A stretch of DNA of 64,000 nt from Octopus vulgaris (GCA_951406725.2 OX597817.1:44144001-44208000); one strand, 5' to 3'. Counted from the first letter of the stretch, positions 27,015 to 42,612 are shown. Made by a program: numbers and translations. The notes: a model not told the origin generated them from the letters alone.

Positions 27015-28071
27015 TTATCTATCTATGAGTAAATTGTACTTCCTATTACTATTTTCTAAGATAAGGAGAAGTTATACTTACTTTATTGTAGAGTGTGCAA
27101 TTTTCTGGGGCTATTGAGTTTACGATGAAATACTGATTGCACACACACACAGACACACACACATATATATATATATATATATCAGTACCTCACCGTAAAC
27201 CCAGTGAGGTGTGTGTGTGTGTGTATGTGTGTGTATACTAATCGTTCTATTTATATATCTATATGTCTACAGGCAAACCTACGGTTGTCTGTTTGCCTAA
27301 GTTTTATCTTCTCAGTTCGAATCCAGTCAGGTTGGAGCATAATGTTCACCTGGGACATTTTTACTTTAAATGTCATATCACCTGATATTTCTCGATATAT
27401 ATATATATTTCCATATTTAACATGTATTTTTCAGAGACTCAACAAAGTTACGTTCCTATAAACAACAAATATATTTACATATAATTATACAAATGCATAC
27501 ATACACACGTGTATATATTTCTCCGAAAGTGTATATATATGTGCCTGTCTATACATATGTAGATATATATCTGAGTGTATACACGCATATATTTATAGAT
27601 GTATTTCATTAATAATGCTATTGAAATAAAGTGAAAGAAATAGTGTCTTCTCAAGCTTCAAAAATACTGTAAGTCTCCCTTTGATTTTGCAGCAGGATCG
27701 TATTTTGTAATTTCAGTTTCTATCTTTAAAAAAAAAAAGAAATTTTCGCCTCATTTTATTGATCTAGAAGGTTAAATCCTATTAAATCTGCTCTTCATAA
27801 ACCATCTCCCTGCCCCGCACTCAAAAAGAGACCCCAGAAATAGTTTCTGGCAATGGCTCGTACATAGGCCCACATTATGGCGCACACGCATATATACTGG
27901 TATATATACTGCACACACACAATTCATATAGATGCATCTCTCTTTCTATATATAATACATCCATATATCCATTTATGAATATATATATATATATAAATAT
28001 ACACACACAAAATTCATATATATATAGATTGATAGATATACATGTATAAGTGTATATATGTATGAATATAC

Positions 28072-28119
<48 letters not shown>

Positions 28120-28122
28120 GCA

Positions 28123-28155
<33 letters not shown>

Positions 28156-28327
28156 CTATATAAATATACATGCGTCTATATATATATATATTCCTATATA
28201 AATATAAATACGTGTATACACACACACACATCCAATTACACAAACTTGCACACAAACATACAAATATATACGTACATACATATATGTGTGTGTATGCCTA
28301 CATATGTATATATATATGTGTGTATAT

Positions 28328-28382
<55 letters not shown>

Positions 28383-28825
28383 TATTGTATATGGTAGATT
28401 TATATAAACTTATACCAATCAATGGTACGTGCATGTATGTGTTTGCGCGTGAGTACGTGTGTAAGCGCGCAATATCTCAGTACACTTAATATTATAATTC
28501 CCAAAGCATTATTGTTACAACAGAACTGTTAACATTAATAGAATTAGTAAAACCTCTTCAATTTCCATTGTTCATCCCAACAGTCACATCCTGGACATTT
28601 AGTGAGTGGTTTGTCAAGGCTGAAGAGACCAAGTGTACTTGTGTTCCTTCTCACGACTACACAAACACTTAAAAAAAGGCAATGTTAACCAAACCACAAT
28701 ACTAACAATTCAACCCCGCTTGTGAATAACGATGGGGATTAAAAAATCCGAGCTGGTTTACATATGTTTAAAATTTTATTATATTCCTATTCTTATTAAT
28801 ATTTATATTCATGAAATATATATTG

Positions 28826-28891
28826 AATGGCGGTGCCCCAGCATGGCCACAGCTCGTGAGCTGAAACTAGATAAAATGAAAATGAAAATGA
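28826..28891 (+). mobile_element. Extremely 5'-truncated 3' end of the CR1-group LINE
   Basis: AATGGCGGTGCCCCAGCATGGCCACAGCTCGTGAGCTGAAACTAG plus (AAAATG)n; matches the LINE 3' end at 22669-22711. A shorter fragment lies at 32173-32202. Confidence 0.8.
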
Positions 28892-29029
28892 TTCTATGTA
28901 TTGTTGAAACGAGCGTAATTAAAGAATGAAATATAATACTATAATTTCCACTCCGATTTAATATACATACATAGATACATGAATGCATGTATACATACAT
29001 ACAGCCCATACATACAAATACATATCTGT

Positions 29030-29089
<60 letters not shown>

Positions 29090-29918
29090 ATCTATATCTA
29101 TATATATATATATATACACACACACCAAGAAAAAGAGGGAGGCGAGAAAGAGATTATATGTGTATGAATAAATGCGTGCACACACGCACGCATAGAACCA
29201 GCGTATATATGCCGTTATACGCAGATTCTCATATACAGCCATACATAAGTGTATGCTTTTGAATATGTGTTCACGTATGCGTGTGTGCTGTACATTAATG
29301 GCCGTGTCTGTGAGTTTGTGCGCGTGTGTTTTATATGTGTATTGGAAAGGAAAGTGCGTTGAAGTGGTAGTAAACTTTTGTTAAGCTGCTTTGATGACAA
29401 AGAATCGGTTTTAAGCTATTTAGTACTGATCGTATCCGAACAGACGAGAGAAAAATATACTCCATTAGATTAAACACACTCAACAAACTTGATAACGGCG
29501 ACGTATTATGCAGTTACTTAAACACGCAAGCGTTGTCACTAACGCACACACGCCCAAACGCTCACTCGCGCACGTACACAAACACACATACACACATACA
29601 CACCACACGGTAAGCAGCCATATGCATATCTGTACATTCGTATAACGCTGATGACTCATTCTGTTGTTACACCGAAGCTACTTCGAAGGTGAGTTCATTC
29701 ACTCGACAAAAAGATGAATACAAAACTCAGAGCATCATCACCCGGTTTAAACTATTCTAATGTTGCACCCTACCCTGACCTCGGTTCCGACTCAATGCAT
29801 GTTGTTCTACAAGCACGCAAACACCAACACACACAAACACTGCACGGCTACAGAATGTACTCGATACAAGCGGTAGAGCTAGATTGATTAACACAAAGTA
29901 TCGTCACACTGTGTGTGT

Positions 29919-29956
<38 letters not shown>

Positions 29957-30080
29957 ATATAAGTGAAAGAAAGCTGAATTCAAGAGACACCTTTTATACC
30001 CAAATTTAACATTATTACTCACACACACACATGGATATGGACATATATGTGTGCGTGTGCGTTTATATATGGGTATTAAA

Positions 30081-30175
<95 letters not shown>

Positions 30176-30204
30176 GTGCGGGTATATGCTATATGGGTAT
30201 ATAA

Positions 30205-30237
<33 letters not shown>

Positions 30238-30257
30238 CGCACGCGTGCGAGCAAATG

Positions 30258-30289
<32 letters not shown>

Positions 30290-30631
30290 GATACACACGC
30301 CACGCATAAAGGCGTGAAGGCTAGTGGTGAGGATGCTCCGCTCAGAGTCGTAAGATTAAGAGTTCGATTTCTGAAACGTGGCGGTTTTCTTTTTATGGCG
30401 GATGACGCTTTACTTACCATCAACCAAGTCTACTTGGCTGATGGTATTTTTGCACTCCTTCCATCTGTCCATTCTTCGATGTTTTGCTAGGTCAGTTGTG
30501 GGAGGGACTACATACTTAAGCACCTGGAATAACTAGCGAAAGCGCTACCAGGTCATGCTCGCTCGTGAGTGATGGCTAAGATTTATATGTATACATACAT
30601 ATACACACATAGATATGTATACATATATACG

Positions 30632-30727
<96 letters not shown>

Positions 30728-30753
30728 CTTATCTATCTATCTATCTATGTATG

Positions 30754-30816
<63 letters not shown>

Positions 30817-30868
30817 TTATCTATCTATCCATACGTATGCATGTACATGTATACATGTATACATGTGT

Positions 30869-31028
30869 AGGCGTAGGAGTGGCTGTGTGGTAAGTAGCTT
30901 GCTTACCAACTACATGGTCCTGGGTTCAGTCCCACTACGTGGCACCTTGGGCAAGAGTCTTCTATAACCTCGGGCCGACCAAAACCTTGTGAGTGGATTT
31001 GGTAGACGGAAATTGAAAGAAGCCCTTC

Positions 31029-31127
<99 letters not shown>

Positions 31128-31346
31128 AGTGTGTGTGTTTGTGTGTCTGTGTTTGTCCCCCCAACATCGCTTGACAACCGATGCTGGTGTGTTTACTTCC
31201 TCGTAACTTAACGGTTCTGCAAAAGAGACCGATAGAATAAGTACTAGGCTTACAAAGAATAAGTCCTGGGGTCGATTTGCTTGACAAAAGGTGGGGCTCC
31301 AGCATGGCCTCAGTCAAATGACTGAAACAAGTAAAAGGGTAAAGAG
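30869..31346 (+). mobile_element. SINE family B, full length with expanded internal microsatellite
   Basis: 5' module, ~120-bp (TA)n(TG)n, 3' module. Confidence 0.92.
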
Positions 31347-31811
31347 CATGTGCGTGTGTGTGTGTGCTCGCGCGCACTATGGCTTCAATTTTAACACTGA
31401 TTCTGATTCTAAGGTACCCGACAATTTCCTTTTAGCTTGGCACTTTCACACATACACACACGCAAATGCACGCATGCACGCATATTTATGTGTGTGTGTG
31501 TGTAAAACTGACCTGTCACACATACTTTTACAAAGAAACATTAAATGGTTCCATCACTGGTTCTGAGAGTGAGTGCTATTGTTCGATCCGTAAGATCTAC
31601 CGAGTAAGTGGATTATCGTGTGAACGTTGGAGTACTTCACAGACATTTTACTCTTATTATAATACTCAGATAAATGTGGTGATGTCGTATGCTGTATCTC
31701 TCCAACGACACAACATCACTGTGAAAAAATTGGGTCGATTCTAGGCTTACTAAAGAACGTTTGCCTAAAGTGCCGATCATGGGGATCGAACAAAGAACTC
31801 ACACACGCAAA

Positions 31812-31857
<46 letters not shown>

Positions 31858-31882
31858 TGTAGGTATATACATCCATAAATGC

Positions 31883-32147
<265 letters not shown>

Positions 32148-32930
32148 GTTATACATATATATATATATGCATCAGCATGGCCGCAGCTCTGAGCTGAAAC
32201 TACAGAAAAAATATATATACATGCGTACATCTAAACACACACATATATATATATATATACATTCATATACCCTGATATTCACATACGTGTACATACACAC
32301 ACACACTCACTCACACGCACACACACACACTTGCGCACGCATGTAGCAAATTGGACGAGTCGTTAGAGTGACGGCCATGGATTCCAGTTCTGTACTCTTT
32401 GAGTTCAATTGTGACTGCTGTCAATTTTGCCATTCATTCTTTCGAAATTGGTAAATAAAGTACCCGTCCAGGGCGATGGATTGGATAAAATGCCATTCAT
32501 TTGATGTATTTGAAACAGAATCATGCATTCTAACTGAACGTTCCAGGTGAATAAGCATGGACTCACGTGACATACTGATGTCTCCGGATCCATATAGGCA
32601 TTCAAACACACGCACCATATATATATACGTGTGTGTGGAAACTGGTGCATGTGTGTGTATGTGTGTGTACGTGCTGAGATATTTAGAAAATGTAAAATGA
32701 AACCGATGTTCTTAAAAAATATGCATATTTAAAAATTATTGGCCATTTTACTAAACAAGATTATCCTACATTCAAATAAGTTCCAGTAGATGCTTAGATA
32801 TGTAAGATAAGTATGCGCAACAGAAACAATAGTCGGGTCAGTTAAGATCATATCGTATATGCTAAATTTAGGCGCAGTGGACAATGGAGTTAATATTAAG
32901 CAAATGTTTAGAGAGACGGTGTGCATGAGG

Positions 32931-33047
<117 letters not shown>

Positions 33048-33149
33048 TAATAATAATAATAATGATAATAATAATAATAAACCATGCGAAGAGATAGACA
33101 GATAGACAGATAGATACAGAGAGAGAGACAGAAAGAGAGAGAGATTGAG

Positions 33150-33193
<44 letters not shown>

Positions 33194-34474
33194 GGAGAGT
33201 AACGTGGTTATAGGAAAATAATTCAGTATATTTGATGTCTTCTTTTGCGATGTCGTGATATGCCCCAAACAATTTCATCATGGGAAACAACTAAAATGTA
33301 TTTTTGAGACTGAAAATTTAAAAATCAAAAAAGAAAAAAAAGGACATTAAGCTCTACTTTAGAACATTATGCATAGACTCCTTTGAAATAGATCTCTACC
33401 AACCCGTTCCCATATGTAGCTAAAACTGCCTCAACGAAGATACGCGAATTACTGGAAACTAGCAACCAAATCTCTCTATAATCACATTGTGTGGTTTGGG
33501 CCAAAATTATCCTAGGGCCTATAATATTTACTTTTTGACAGCATACTGAGATTAACAGTGAGTCCCTAAACCTGTGCCACATCACGAACAACTACCCAGT
33601 ATGCTTATGGTTTAAAACAGCTCTGCTAATAATCATAACCTATTGTCGTACATCAGAATCGAACACTCTGCGTAATGTTGTCGTTCCCGCCACAAAAAAA
33701 AGGCAGAATGGTCTTGGCTGGAATAACTTTGATTAGAAGTCAACTTGATCATTTTTGACCCAGGGCTATACATACTGCTACACTTCTAGATTTATCCTTC
33801 AAGAGAGATTGTTAAACGTCTACTTTAGCCGAGAGTTTCAAGCTGATGAATAATTTCTCACATAAACGTGCTTAAAGTGCGATGAAAGCTTTGTCAGAGA
33901 CGGCCAAGGAAATGTTTTACAATTAATGATTCGTTCAAGTTGGGCATTTGAGCCAAATATTGGAAATCCAATATATCGTGGTGATGGTTTGTATTATCTT
34001 CACTTGAATCATTAGACAAAATTCGTCATGTTCTGTTGAAATTTGAGACGTTTATCAACACAAAGCATATAAAGTTGACATTAATAGACCCATGATCATG
34101 TCAACACAACTGTATACACACACGCGCGTGCACATACAGACACACATGCACACATTTTTCTGAGCCGATTATACGCTCTATCACTACAAGGAGTTTACTC
34201 GCGTCTATGCTTTCAGTCAGCCAATGTATATACTGTGTGCATTATTTTTCTTTTCTCGGTTCTTTCTTGACAACGATATAAATACGAGTGCTTTCATGCA
34301 ACACGAGTCCATATCGAAGTAAATAACGCAACGTCTTGTTTTCGAGCACAACATCCAAATTAAGTTGGAGATAAAAGTTGCCTTTTGGTGTGTGAACACA
34401 CCACTTTATGTTAAATTAGTCCAAATGGTTTTCTTTCACCTCCTTTTATAACATACACTTTATAATCTCTTATA

Positions 34475-35041
34475 TTAGGTTGTCCGGAAAGTTCCTGCCG
34501 ATTTTTAAAGGAAAGAAAAAAAGTCAATAAATACTTTCCATTACACTTTTAATCAACCAAATATGAACCATTTTGTTGCACAATGCGTCTCCATCTTTCC
34601 TTTAACTTGAAAATACCCACTTCCCAGAATTGAGGTGGTTTCATGGCAAAGAATTCATCAAGGTATCTTTTTACGTCATCTAAGGAATTGAAATTTTTAC
34701 CATTAAGACTATTCTGCAGAGACCTGAATAACTGAAAATCCGAAGGAGCAATATCTGGTGAATATGGAGGGTGGGGTAACACATCCCAGCCGAGCTGCAG
34801 CAATTTTTGTCTGGTTCCCAAAGCATCAAGTGCCGAAAATGAACTTTCTTATCTTCCATTTTAAAGGGTTACAAAATTAACACAGGTTATAGGAACATAA
34901 ACCTTCTTCCACGAAAAGATAGCTTAAAGTGTGCTTTAAATGGAGGTGTAGTCAAATCCTATTTTATGGACTCAACCATGTTCTAAAATAAGTCGAAATG
35001 TAAGCTACTATAAATCGGCACGAACTTTCCGGACAACCCAA
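34475..35041 (-). mobile_element. Internally deleted mariner (mellifera-subfamily-like), 567 bp
   Basis: ~30-bp TIRs TTRGGTTGTCCGGAAAGTTCSTGCCGATTT with TA TSD. N-terminus MEDKKVHFRHLMLWE (ATG at 34859) is joined out of frame to C-terminus LGWDVLPHPPYSPDIAPSDF...WRRIVQQNGSYLVD. Confidence 0.95.
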
Positions 35042-35200
35042 TACAAGGCGAATTTTCCGTCGGCTTCGACCTAACACTTCTGAAACCTTTGCATAATATT
35101 TAAATGTCTTTCACTTTCACAGATATTGCAACTCAGCACTATATTTACCTGAGTTAAGTCTTTCCTTCTGTAAATGATCTCTTTAATCCCTTTTTATCAA

Positions 35201-35263
<63 letters not shown>

Positions 35264-35279
35264 TGATGGAATCTCCCAG

Positions 35280-35525
35280 CGAAGGCGACGTGTGACTGTT
35301 CAGTTTTTGCTGAACGAGCTGCACAAATGATTTGCTTATAGTAATCAAATGTATGTAGTGTACATTAGATCACTCCCTCCAGCAAATCGACGTTACCTGT
35401 GCAGGTGAACCGTATACCACACATCAGGTGTTAAAGTGATCTTAGAGCGACGTGAGAAGAAGTGTTTTGCTGGAGAACATAACGCATCACTTGGTCCAGA
35501 AACTGAAACCACGATCTTTCGATAC
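35280..35525 (-). mobile_element. SINE family E, old copy
   Basis: Homologous to 54600-55327 (CACAAATGATTTG...CACTCCCTCCA.CAAATCGACGTT...AAGTGTTTTG). Confidence 0.75.
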
Positions 35526-36510
35526 ACGGATTGATGCTGCTTTGTATGTGTGTGCGCGCTCGCTTGCATAGAGACAGGATTGCCAAGCAGATAAAATATT
35601 GACCTTCTCAGTCATGGGTTTTGTGTTCGTTTTTGCTTCGAGTGTTTCGTTGTCATTCTAGACTTAATTCTTTAAAATCGCATTTCATACCAGTTCTGAA
35701 GAATAAGTAGTAGATCGTTTATGATTATCTCAGTAAATTGTTATTCAGTCCAGAATGGGATTAATCTTTGATACGTTTAATTCAAATGAATCCGGATTTG
35801 AGCATTGGTTACATGAGCCAACATCACTAGTAACAAAGCCACACATACATACACAGACTAACACACACATATATACACATGTGCGTGCGCATACACACAT
35901 ATACACCCGCATTCACACAGACGTATGCAAACATTAAGATTTTTACTTATAAAAGAAGGGATAATGATACACAGTTTACATTGAATACCTACATACACAC
36001 ACAAGCTGACACGCTCACACGCACAAACATACACACATACACAGGCACACGCATATGTGTATGTAATGGCGGATAATTTAGTAGAGTCTTTAAAACATCG
36101 AATTTGCGGTAATTGTAGCTCTGCACACCGATTTCAAATTTCGCCGTGGTCAACTTTGTCTTCATTTTCCGAGTTCAAATTAAGTGCCAGCCCAATACTG
36201 GCGTCCATTCCGTTCTTTTTCTAACCCATTATTTTTTTGTTTGTTTCCTTTTCTCCTGGAAAAAAATCAACTGGTCAGACCTCAAAATCGGCGTCTAAAA
36301 TGCTCCAAGACAGGCCGTATGCCACAACTCGTGGATGGTGTCGGAGAGGCGCCACCCAGGAGTTAATGCCTCTTAGTATGGTTTATATTTAATATATAAA
36401 TATATATATATGTATATATATATGTATGTATATGTGTGTGTGTGAGTGTGTGTATATATATGTATATATATACATGTGTGTATTCATATATGTATATATA
36501 TATATTCATA

Positions 36511-36567
<57 letters not shown>

Positions 36568-36594
36568 GCATATATATATGCATATATATATGCG

Positions 36595-36643
<49 letters not shown>

Positions 36644-36711
36644 TGTATATACATATATATGTATGTATATATGCATACATATGAATAAATATATGTATAT
36701 ACATATATATG

Positions 36712-36748
<37 letters not shown>

Positions 36749-37497
36749 CATATATATGTATAAATATATGTATTTATATATATATATATGTATATACATA
36801 TTTATGTATAAATATATGTATATATATATGTATATATATATACATATATGTATACATTTTTATATATATATATTTATACATATATATATGTATATATACA
36901 TACACACATATTGATAAATTTCCTCTATTTACACAATATTGAGGTCCCTTTCTTTCACTTGTTATCTTACCGTTTTTACCAATATATATATATATATATA
37001 TGTTCTATAATTGCGTGAAAAGGAAACTAGGAGTTAACCTGGATTGCAGGCAAAGTAAACGCACAATTGCATTGTGGTGATAATTAAAACAAATTAATGA
37101 TTTACACAAAACTAGCCGCGTTTCACCCACCAAGGATTTGTCAAAGCGGTGGCTATGCTCTTCATGAGTTTCCTAAAAATATACTGATGCTGGTTGTAGA
37201 GCAGGCGGTTGTAATTGAGAGATTCGTAGGGGTTTCTAGAATGTAGGGTCTAAGCAGATTGAATGGTAGAGCATGACATCTAGCAAGTTAGGGCTGATTT
37301 CCTTTTTCCAGTATATGAACGCGCGGCCTGTGTATTTATATATGGGCATTATATATATATATATATTGGGTTCACGGGAAGGTAAAACAACTAAAATTGT
37401 ATCATGTGTTGTTAGGATACTGTAGATATGTAGGTAACAACCAATGCGGAATTTGAGCACTCATTCTCATTGTTCAACAATTACGTACACACACACG

Positions 37498-37575
<78 letters not shown>

Positions 37576-37981
37576 CAGAGAGAGAACGAAATAGATAGAT
37601 AGTGGGAGGAAGAGAGAGAAATAGGGAGATAGCTCTATAGGTAGGTAGATAGACTGACAAATAAACAGATAGAAATGTAGTTAGATATAGAGACAGAAAA
37701 GAGTCAGATTGTCCAGCCGAAGCTGAGCAGGAAACATTTAATTTTGCTTGAGGTCGGGACATATAATTCTGGCAACGAAGCCCCAGTGATTTCTGGTAAA
37801 GTTGCTTGCAATATACTTGTGGCCATTCCTGCAGATTAAATAATTTGTCAAATGTCTCAAACTTGGCAGACAGTACGTTACTATCAGCTTTGTTAACGCA
37901 CCTGTACATATGAAGACAGGGGCATTCTGTCTGTCTGTATATACAGATATGTGTGTCTCCATGAACATATTTATATGTATA

Positions 37982-38378
37982 TTAGCAGTATCGCCCGGCG
38001 TTGCTCGGGTTTTTAAGGGAAATAGCTATATAAGCATTTTTAGAAAGTTATAGCCAAAAAATAGCAAAAAAATGCTTTAAAAATGGAAAAAAAATTATGG
38101 TAAATTTTTTTTTAAATCGTTGACACATCGTAGACATTTTTAGAGAGTTACTTCCCTTATATAATAGCGAAAAAATGAATTAAGATGGAAAAAATGATGG
38201 AAAATTCTTTTTAAAATCGTAGACTCATCGTAGACGCGCGCTAATACCCAGAAGGGCTCGATATGAATCACGACTATAAGATACCCGGTTTTGGTTAAAC
38301 TGCACCGCAAAATGTGGGAGTAGTTAGGAATCTGAATCGTAGGAGACAGACACACAACTTCACTTTTATATATAAAGA
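37982..38378 (-). mobile_element. Non-autonomous Helitron
   Basis: Minus-strand 5' TCTTTATATATAAAA; 3' hairpin CCCGAGCAACGCCGGG then CTAA (CTRR); inserted between A and T with no TSD; internal ~75-bp duplication. Confidence 0.85.
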
Positions 38379-38403
38379 TATATATATAACTCCATGTACA
38401 TAT

Positions 38404-38446
<43 letters not shown>

Positions 38447-38798
38447 TATATATATATGTTTCTCACCCATCTCTCTCTTTTTCTGTCTACCTATTTATAT
38501 ATATGGTCATACATGCATATTTATATGCATATATATATATATATAGTTAGTATTTTCTCGATTGTCTCATTAATACAAAGTCGTGAAGCCTACATATAAG
38601 TAGGCATACGCTTGTGTACCTGTATGATATGTGTCTAAATATTTCAGTGCTGTATTGTGCTGTCTATATAGGTGCAGGTGTGTCTGTTGTTCGTGAGTAT
38701 GCGAGTTTGGTTTCAGTTGCTGTTAGCGTATATAGGAAACAATCTCTCCGAATAAACATACATATACACACAGGCTATCGCAACATTTAATCCGCCGT

Positions 38799-39014
38799 AA
38801 GGCGACGAGCTGGCAGAAATGTTAGCACGCTAGGCAAAATGCTTAGTGGTATTTCGTGTGTCTTTACGTTCTGAGTTCAAATTCCGCCGAGGCCGACTTT
38901 GCCTTTCATCCTTTCGGGATCGATAAATTAAGTACCAGTTGCGTACCAGGGTCGATCTAATCGACTGCTCCTCCCAACACCAAATTTTCGGGCCCTGTGC
39001 CTAGAGTAGAAAAG
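38799..39014 (+). mobile_element. SINE family A variant with a different 3' tail
   Basis: Same head and central domain as 4822, but the tail reads ...GGGCCCTGTGCCTAGAGTAGAAAAG. TSD AACATTTAATCCGCCGT (38782-38798) vs AACATTTAGCCCGCCGT (39015-39031). Confidence 0.88.
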
Positions 39015-39404
39015 AACATTTAGCCCGCCGTGTAAGACAGAGTTGCCTCCGAGATAGAGAAAAAGAAAGCCAAAAAAAAAAAAAAAAATCAAAAGACAAA
39101 AGAAATCGAAACAAAAATCACAAAAGTGAAAAAATATATAAAATACAACAAACGCGAAGAAAGTCTAGACATACAATAACAACAACAACAATACCAGTCA
39201 CAAGAACATCAATGAAACTTTGAATCGTCTTGGATGAAAAATAGATAGATTGTCTCCATTGATAGTGGTGAGGTTCTTAGCTCACCACAAATGACTTCAG
39301 ACAAATGAAGATCAGATTGTCGTCATCTGCTCGACGGTGGTAGCAGCTTTACTATGACTGCAACTGTTTTCACACTTAATATTGGGACTAGTGGTACTAC
39401 TACC

Positions 39405-39739
39405 ACTTTTACTTCCACCACCACCACCTCACCCCTACTACAACTACTACCACTACAGCTATTACTACAACCACCACCAACACCACCTCACCCCTACTAC
39501 AACTACTAACACCACAGCTATTAATACAATCACCACCACCACCACCACCACTTCCACCACCACTCGCACTCCCACCACCACCACCACTCGCACTACCACC
39601 ACCACCACCACTCGCACTCCCACCACCACCACCACAACCACTCTAATCCCACCCCTACTACTACTACTACTACTACAACCACCACCACCACTTCCACCCA
39701 ACTCGCACTCCCACCACCACAACCACTCTAATCCCACCC

Positions 39740-39772
<33 letters not shown>
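39405..39772. repeat. Compound (CAC)n/(TAC)n trinucleotide low-complexity tract
   Basis: Directly visible; explains the poly-T and poly-V ORFs. Confidence 0.95.
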
Positions 39773-40170
39773 GTGTATCGAATAAGTGGGACAAATGATA
39801 AGGCAAAAAGGCATGTCGTCAATAGTTACAAAGAAATTTAAGGCAATGGAATTGGAATGGCCGAATCAGTATAAGACCGGATGTAATTATTTTCACAACT
39901 CAGTTACGTCCCTTTACGTTCCGAGTTCGAACCTTGCTGGAGTCGAGTATGTCTTTCATCTGTACGAGGTGGCATGAAAAAGCCTACCTGTGATATATAG
40001 ATATCGATTTTATCAACTCTGCAACCCCCGCCATCGCTGCCGTCTCTCCTCCCCCACTAACATCGCCACAATTTTAGTAATCAATATTCTTGCCAAATTG
40101 GAATTCGTGCAACTGATGCAGGAAATATTGATATCAGAACATCAATATTGGTGTGTATTATAGGTGTGAG

Positions 40171-40202
<32 letters not shown>

Positions 40203-40362
40203 TGTATGTATGTATGTATGTATGTATGTATGTATGTATGTATGTATGTATGTATGTATGTATGTATGTATGTATGTATGTATGTATGTATGTATGTATG
40301 TATGTATGTATGTATGTATGTATGTATGTATGTATGTATGTATGTGTGTATGTATGTATGTA

Positions 40363-40398
<36 letters not shown>

Positions 40399-40550
40399 AT
40401 ATGCACTCAATAAAGGTGTTCGAGTATGGGCTGTAAGATATTTGTCTTAGATAAAGAAATATGTGTGAGTCCATGTATGTATATCTGTATGTGTGTGTAT
40501 GTATGCTTGTGTTAGGAGAATTAGGGTAGTGTTTGTGTGTGTATGAGAGG

Positions 40551-40617
<67 letters not shown>

Positions 40618-41056
40618 AGAGAACAAGAGAGAGAGAGAGAGAGAGAGAAAACGAGAGCGAGAGAGAGAAAGAGAAAGAGAGAGAGAGAGAGAGATTGATA
40701 ATAAACAGTGATGGCGATCGATATGCACAGAGGAAAGCGTTATATAGATCGGGGAAGACAGACAGAATGAAACAATTACGCACGCATATATACAAATATA
40801 TAGAAAGAAAAGGATAAATAAAGTGAAAAGAGGAGAAGAATAGAGAGTGAGAGAGAGAAAGAGAGAGAGAGAGAGTGAAAATAAGAAAGAAGGGACAGAT
40901 ACAATTACTCACACGTTTGCACACACACACATTCAACTCACGCGCGCGCGTGCAATATCGTTATGCCTCATACTGAAATATTGTAGTTATTGAAATCTAT
41001 GTAGTTGCGTATTTATGAATTTATGCATGCAGCCCTAGTGATATAAGTATGTGGTG

Positions 41057-41112
<56 letters not shown>

Positions 41113-41230
41113 GTATATATATGTATATATATGGAATACTGGAATACCGATGTATTGGATCGATAGCTGATGTGGGAGAGGAGGGTTATGCACGTGCGCA
41201 AACACACATAGGTACAGATGTGTGTGTGTT

Positions 41231-41272
<42 letters not shown>

Positions 41273-41313
41273 CACACATACACACACACACATATATATA
41301 TATATATACGCAC

Positions 41314-41353
<40 letters not shown>

Positions 41354-41579
41354 GTATATATATACATACATACATATATATATATATACATATATATGTA
41401 TATTCTTGTAATTGTCATTTTAGTAAATAGATAAGTTGACATAATATAATGTCTAAAAGTTGATGAACCACCTATTGATCCCCTCCATTTTCTTATTGCT
41501 CTCCCTCTTTCTCTCTCTCTCTCTCTATATATATATGCACACATACATATATATATATATCACATACACACACAGACAC

Positions 41580-41643
<64 letters not shown>

Positions 41644-41703
41644 TGAGAGAGAGAGATATAGATATATATCTATAAAATAATATGTACAATTACTCAATAG
41701 TCA

Positions 41704-41766
41704 AGATAAAACTCTGAGTTTCAGATGCCGAAGTGGAAATCCACAACACCATCTCTTCAGTTATCT
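41704..41766 (-). ncRNA. Type I hammerhead-like motif
   Basis: AGAUAA-CUGAAGA-GAUG..GUGG/CCAC..CAUC-U-GAAAC-UCAGA-GUU-UUAUCU: 6-bp stem I, extended stem II, near-palindromic stem III, one extra U before GAAA. Confidence 0.6.
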
Positions 41767-42047
41767 GGCCATATATATATACATGCTGATATCCACCCAT
41801 AGATATATACGCACAAGCACGTATACACACACATAGACATATATTTAATGCTTATTTGTTTGAAAGTGATTAATCACTCCTCTGTCACTCAGAGTTTCTC
41901 ATAATGTACGAAACTTCAAGCGATGAACCCTCTTCGGGATCAGTGACGGTGATAAACTCTGTACTACAAAGACGTGCATCAGCAGCCTCTGCTGAATAAA
42001 TACACTCAACTACTGATAGTGTGTCCTCTTTCCCTTGTAGATACATC

Positions 42048-42094
<47 letters not shown>

Positions 42095-42298
42095 AAGTGT
42101 GTATGGAAATAAATGCATAATCATATATATTTTCTGTGTATATGTGTCTGCATACATGCATGGATACATACATGCATACATACATACATGCATGCAAGCA
42201 CATACACTTAGAAACTATATATCACAAATAGGTGTCCATGTATACATATATATATATATATAAATATGTGTATGTATATGTATATCTATATATATACA

Positions 42299-42388
<90 letters not shown>

Positions 42389-42395
42389 TATACAT

Positions 42396-42466
<71 letters not shown>

Positions 42467-42562
42467 AACTCCCAAACACATATCTGTGAATGATTGTAAA
42501 GGTGTTAACAACGATGAATCTACCTTTTCTCTTCACTCATATCGAATGTATCAAGAAAGAAA

Positions 42563-42612
<50 letters not shown>

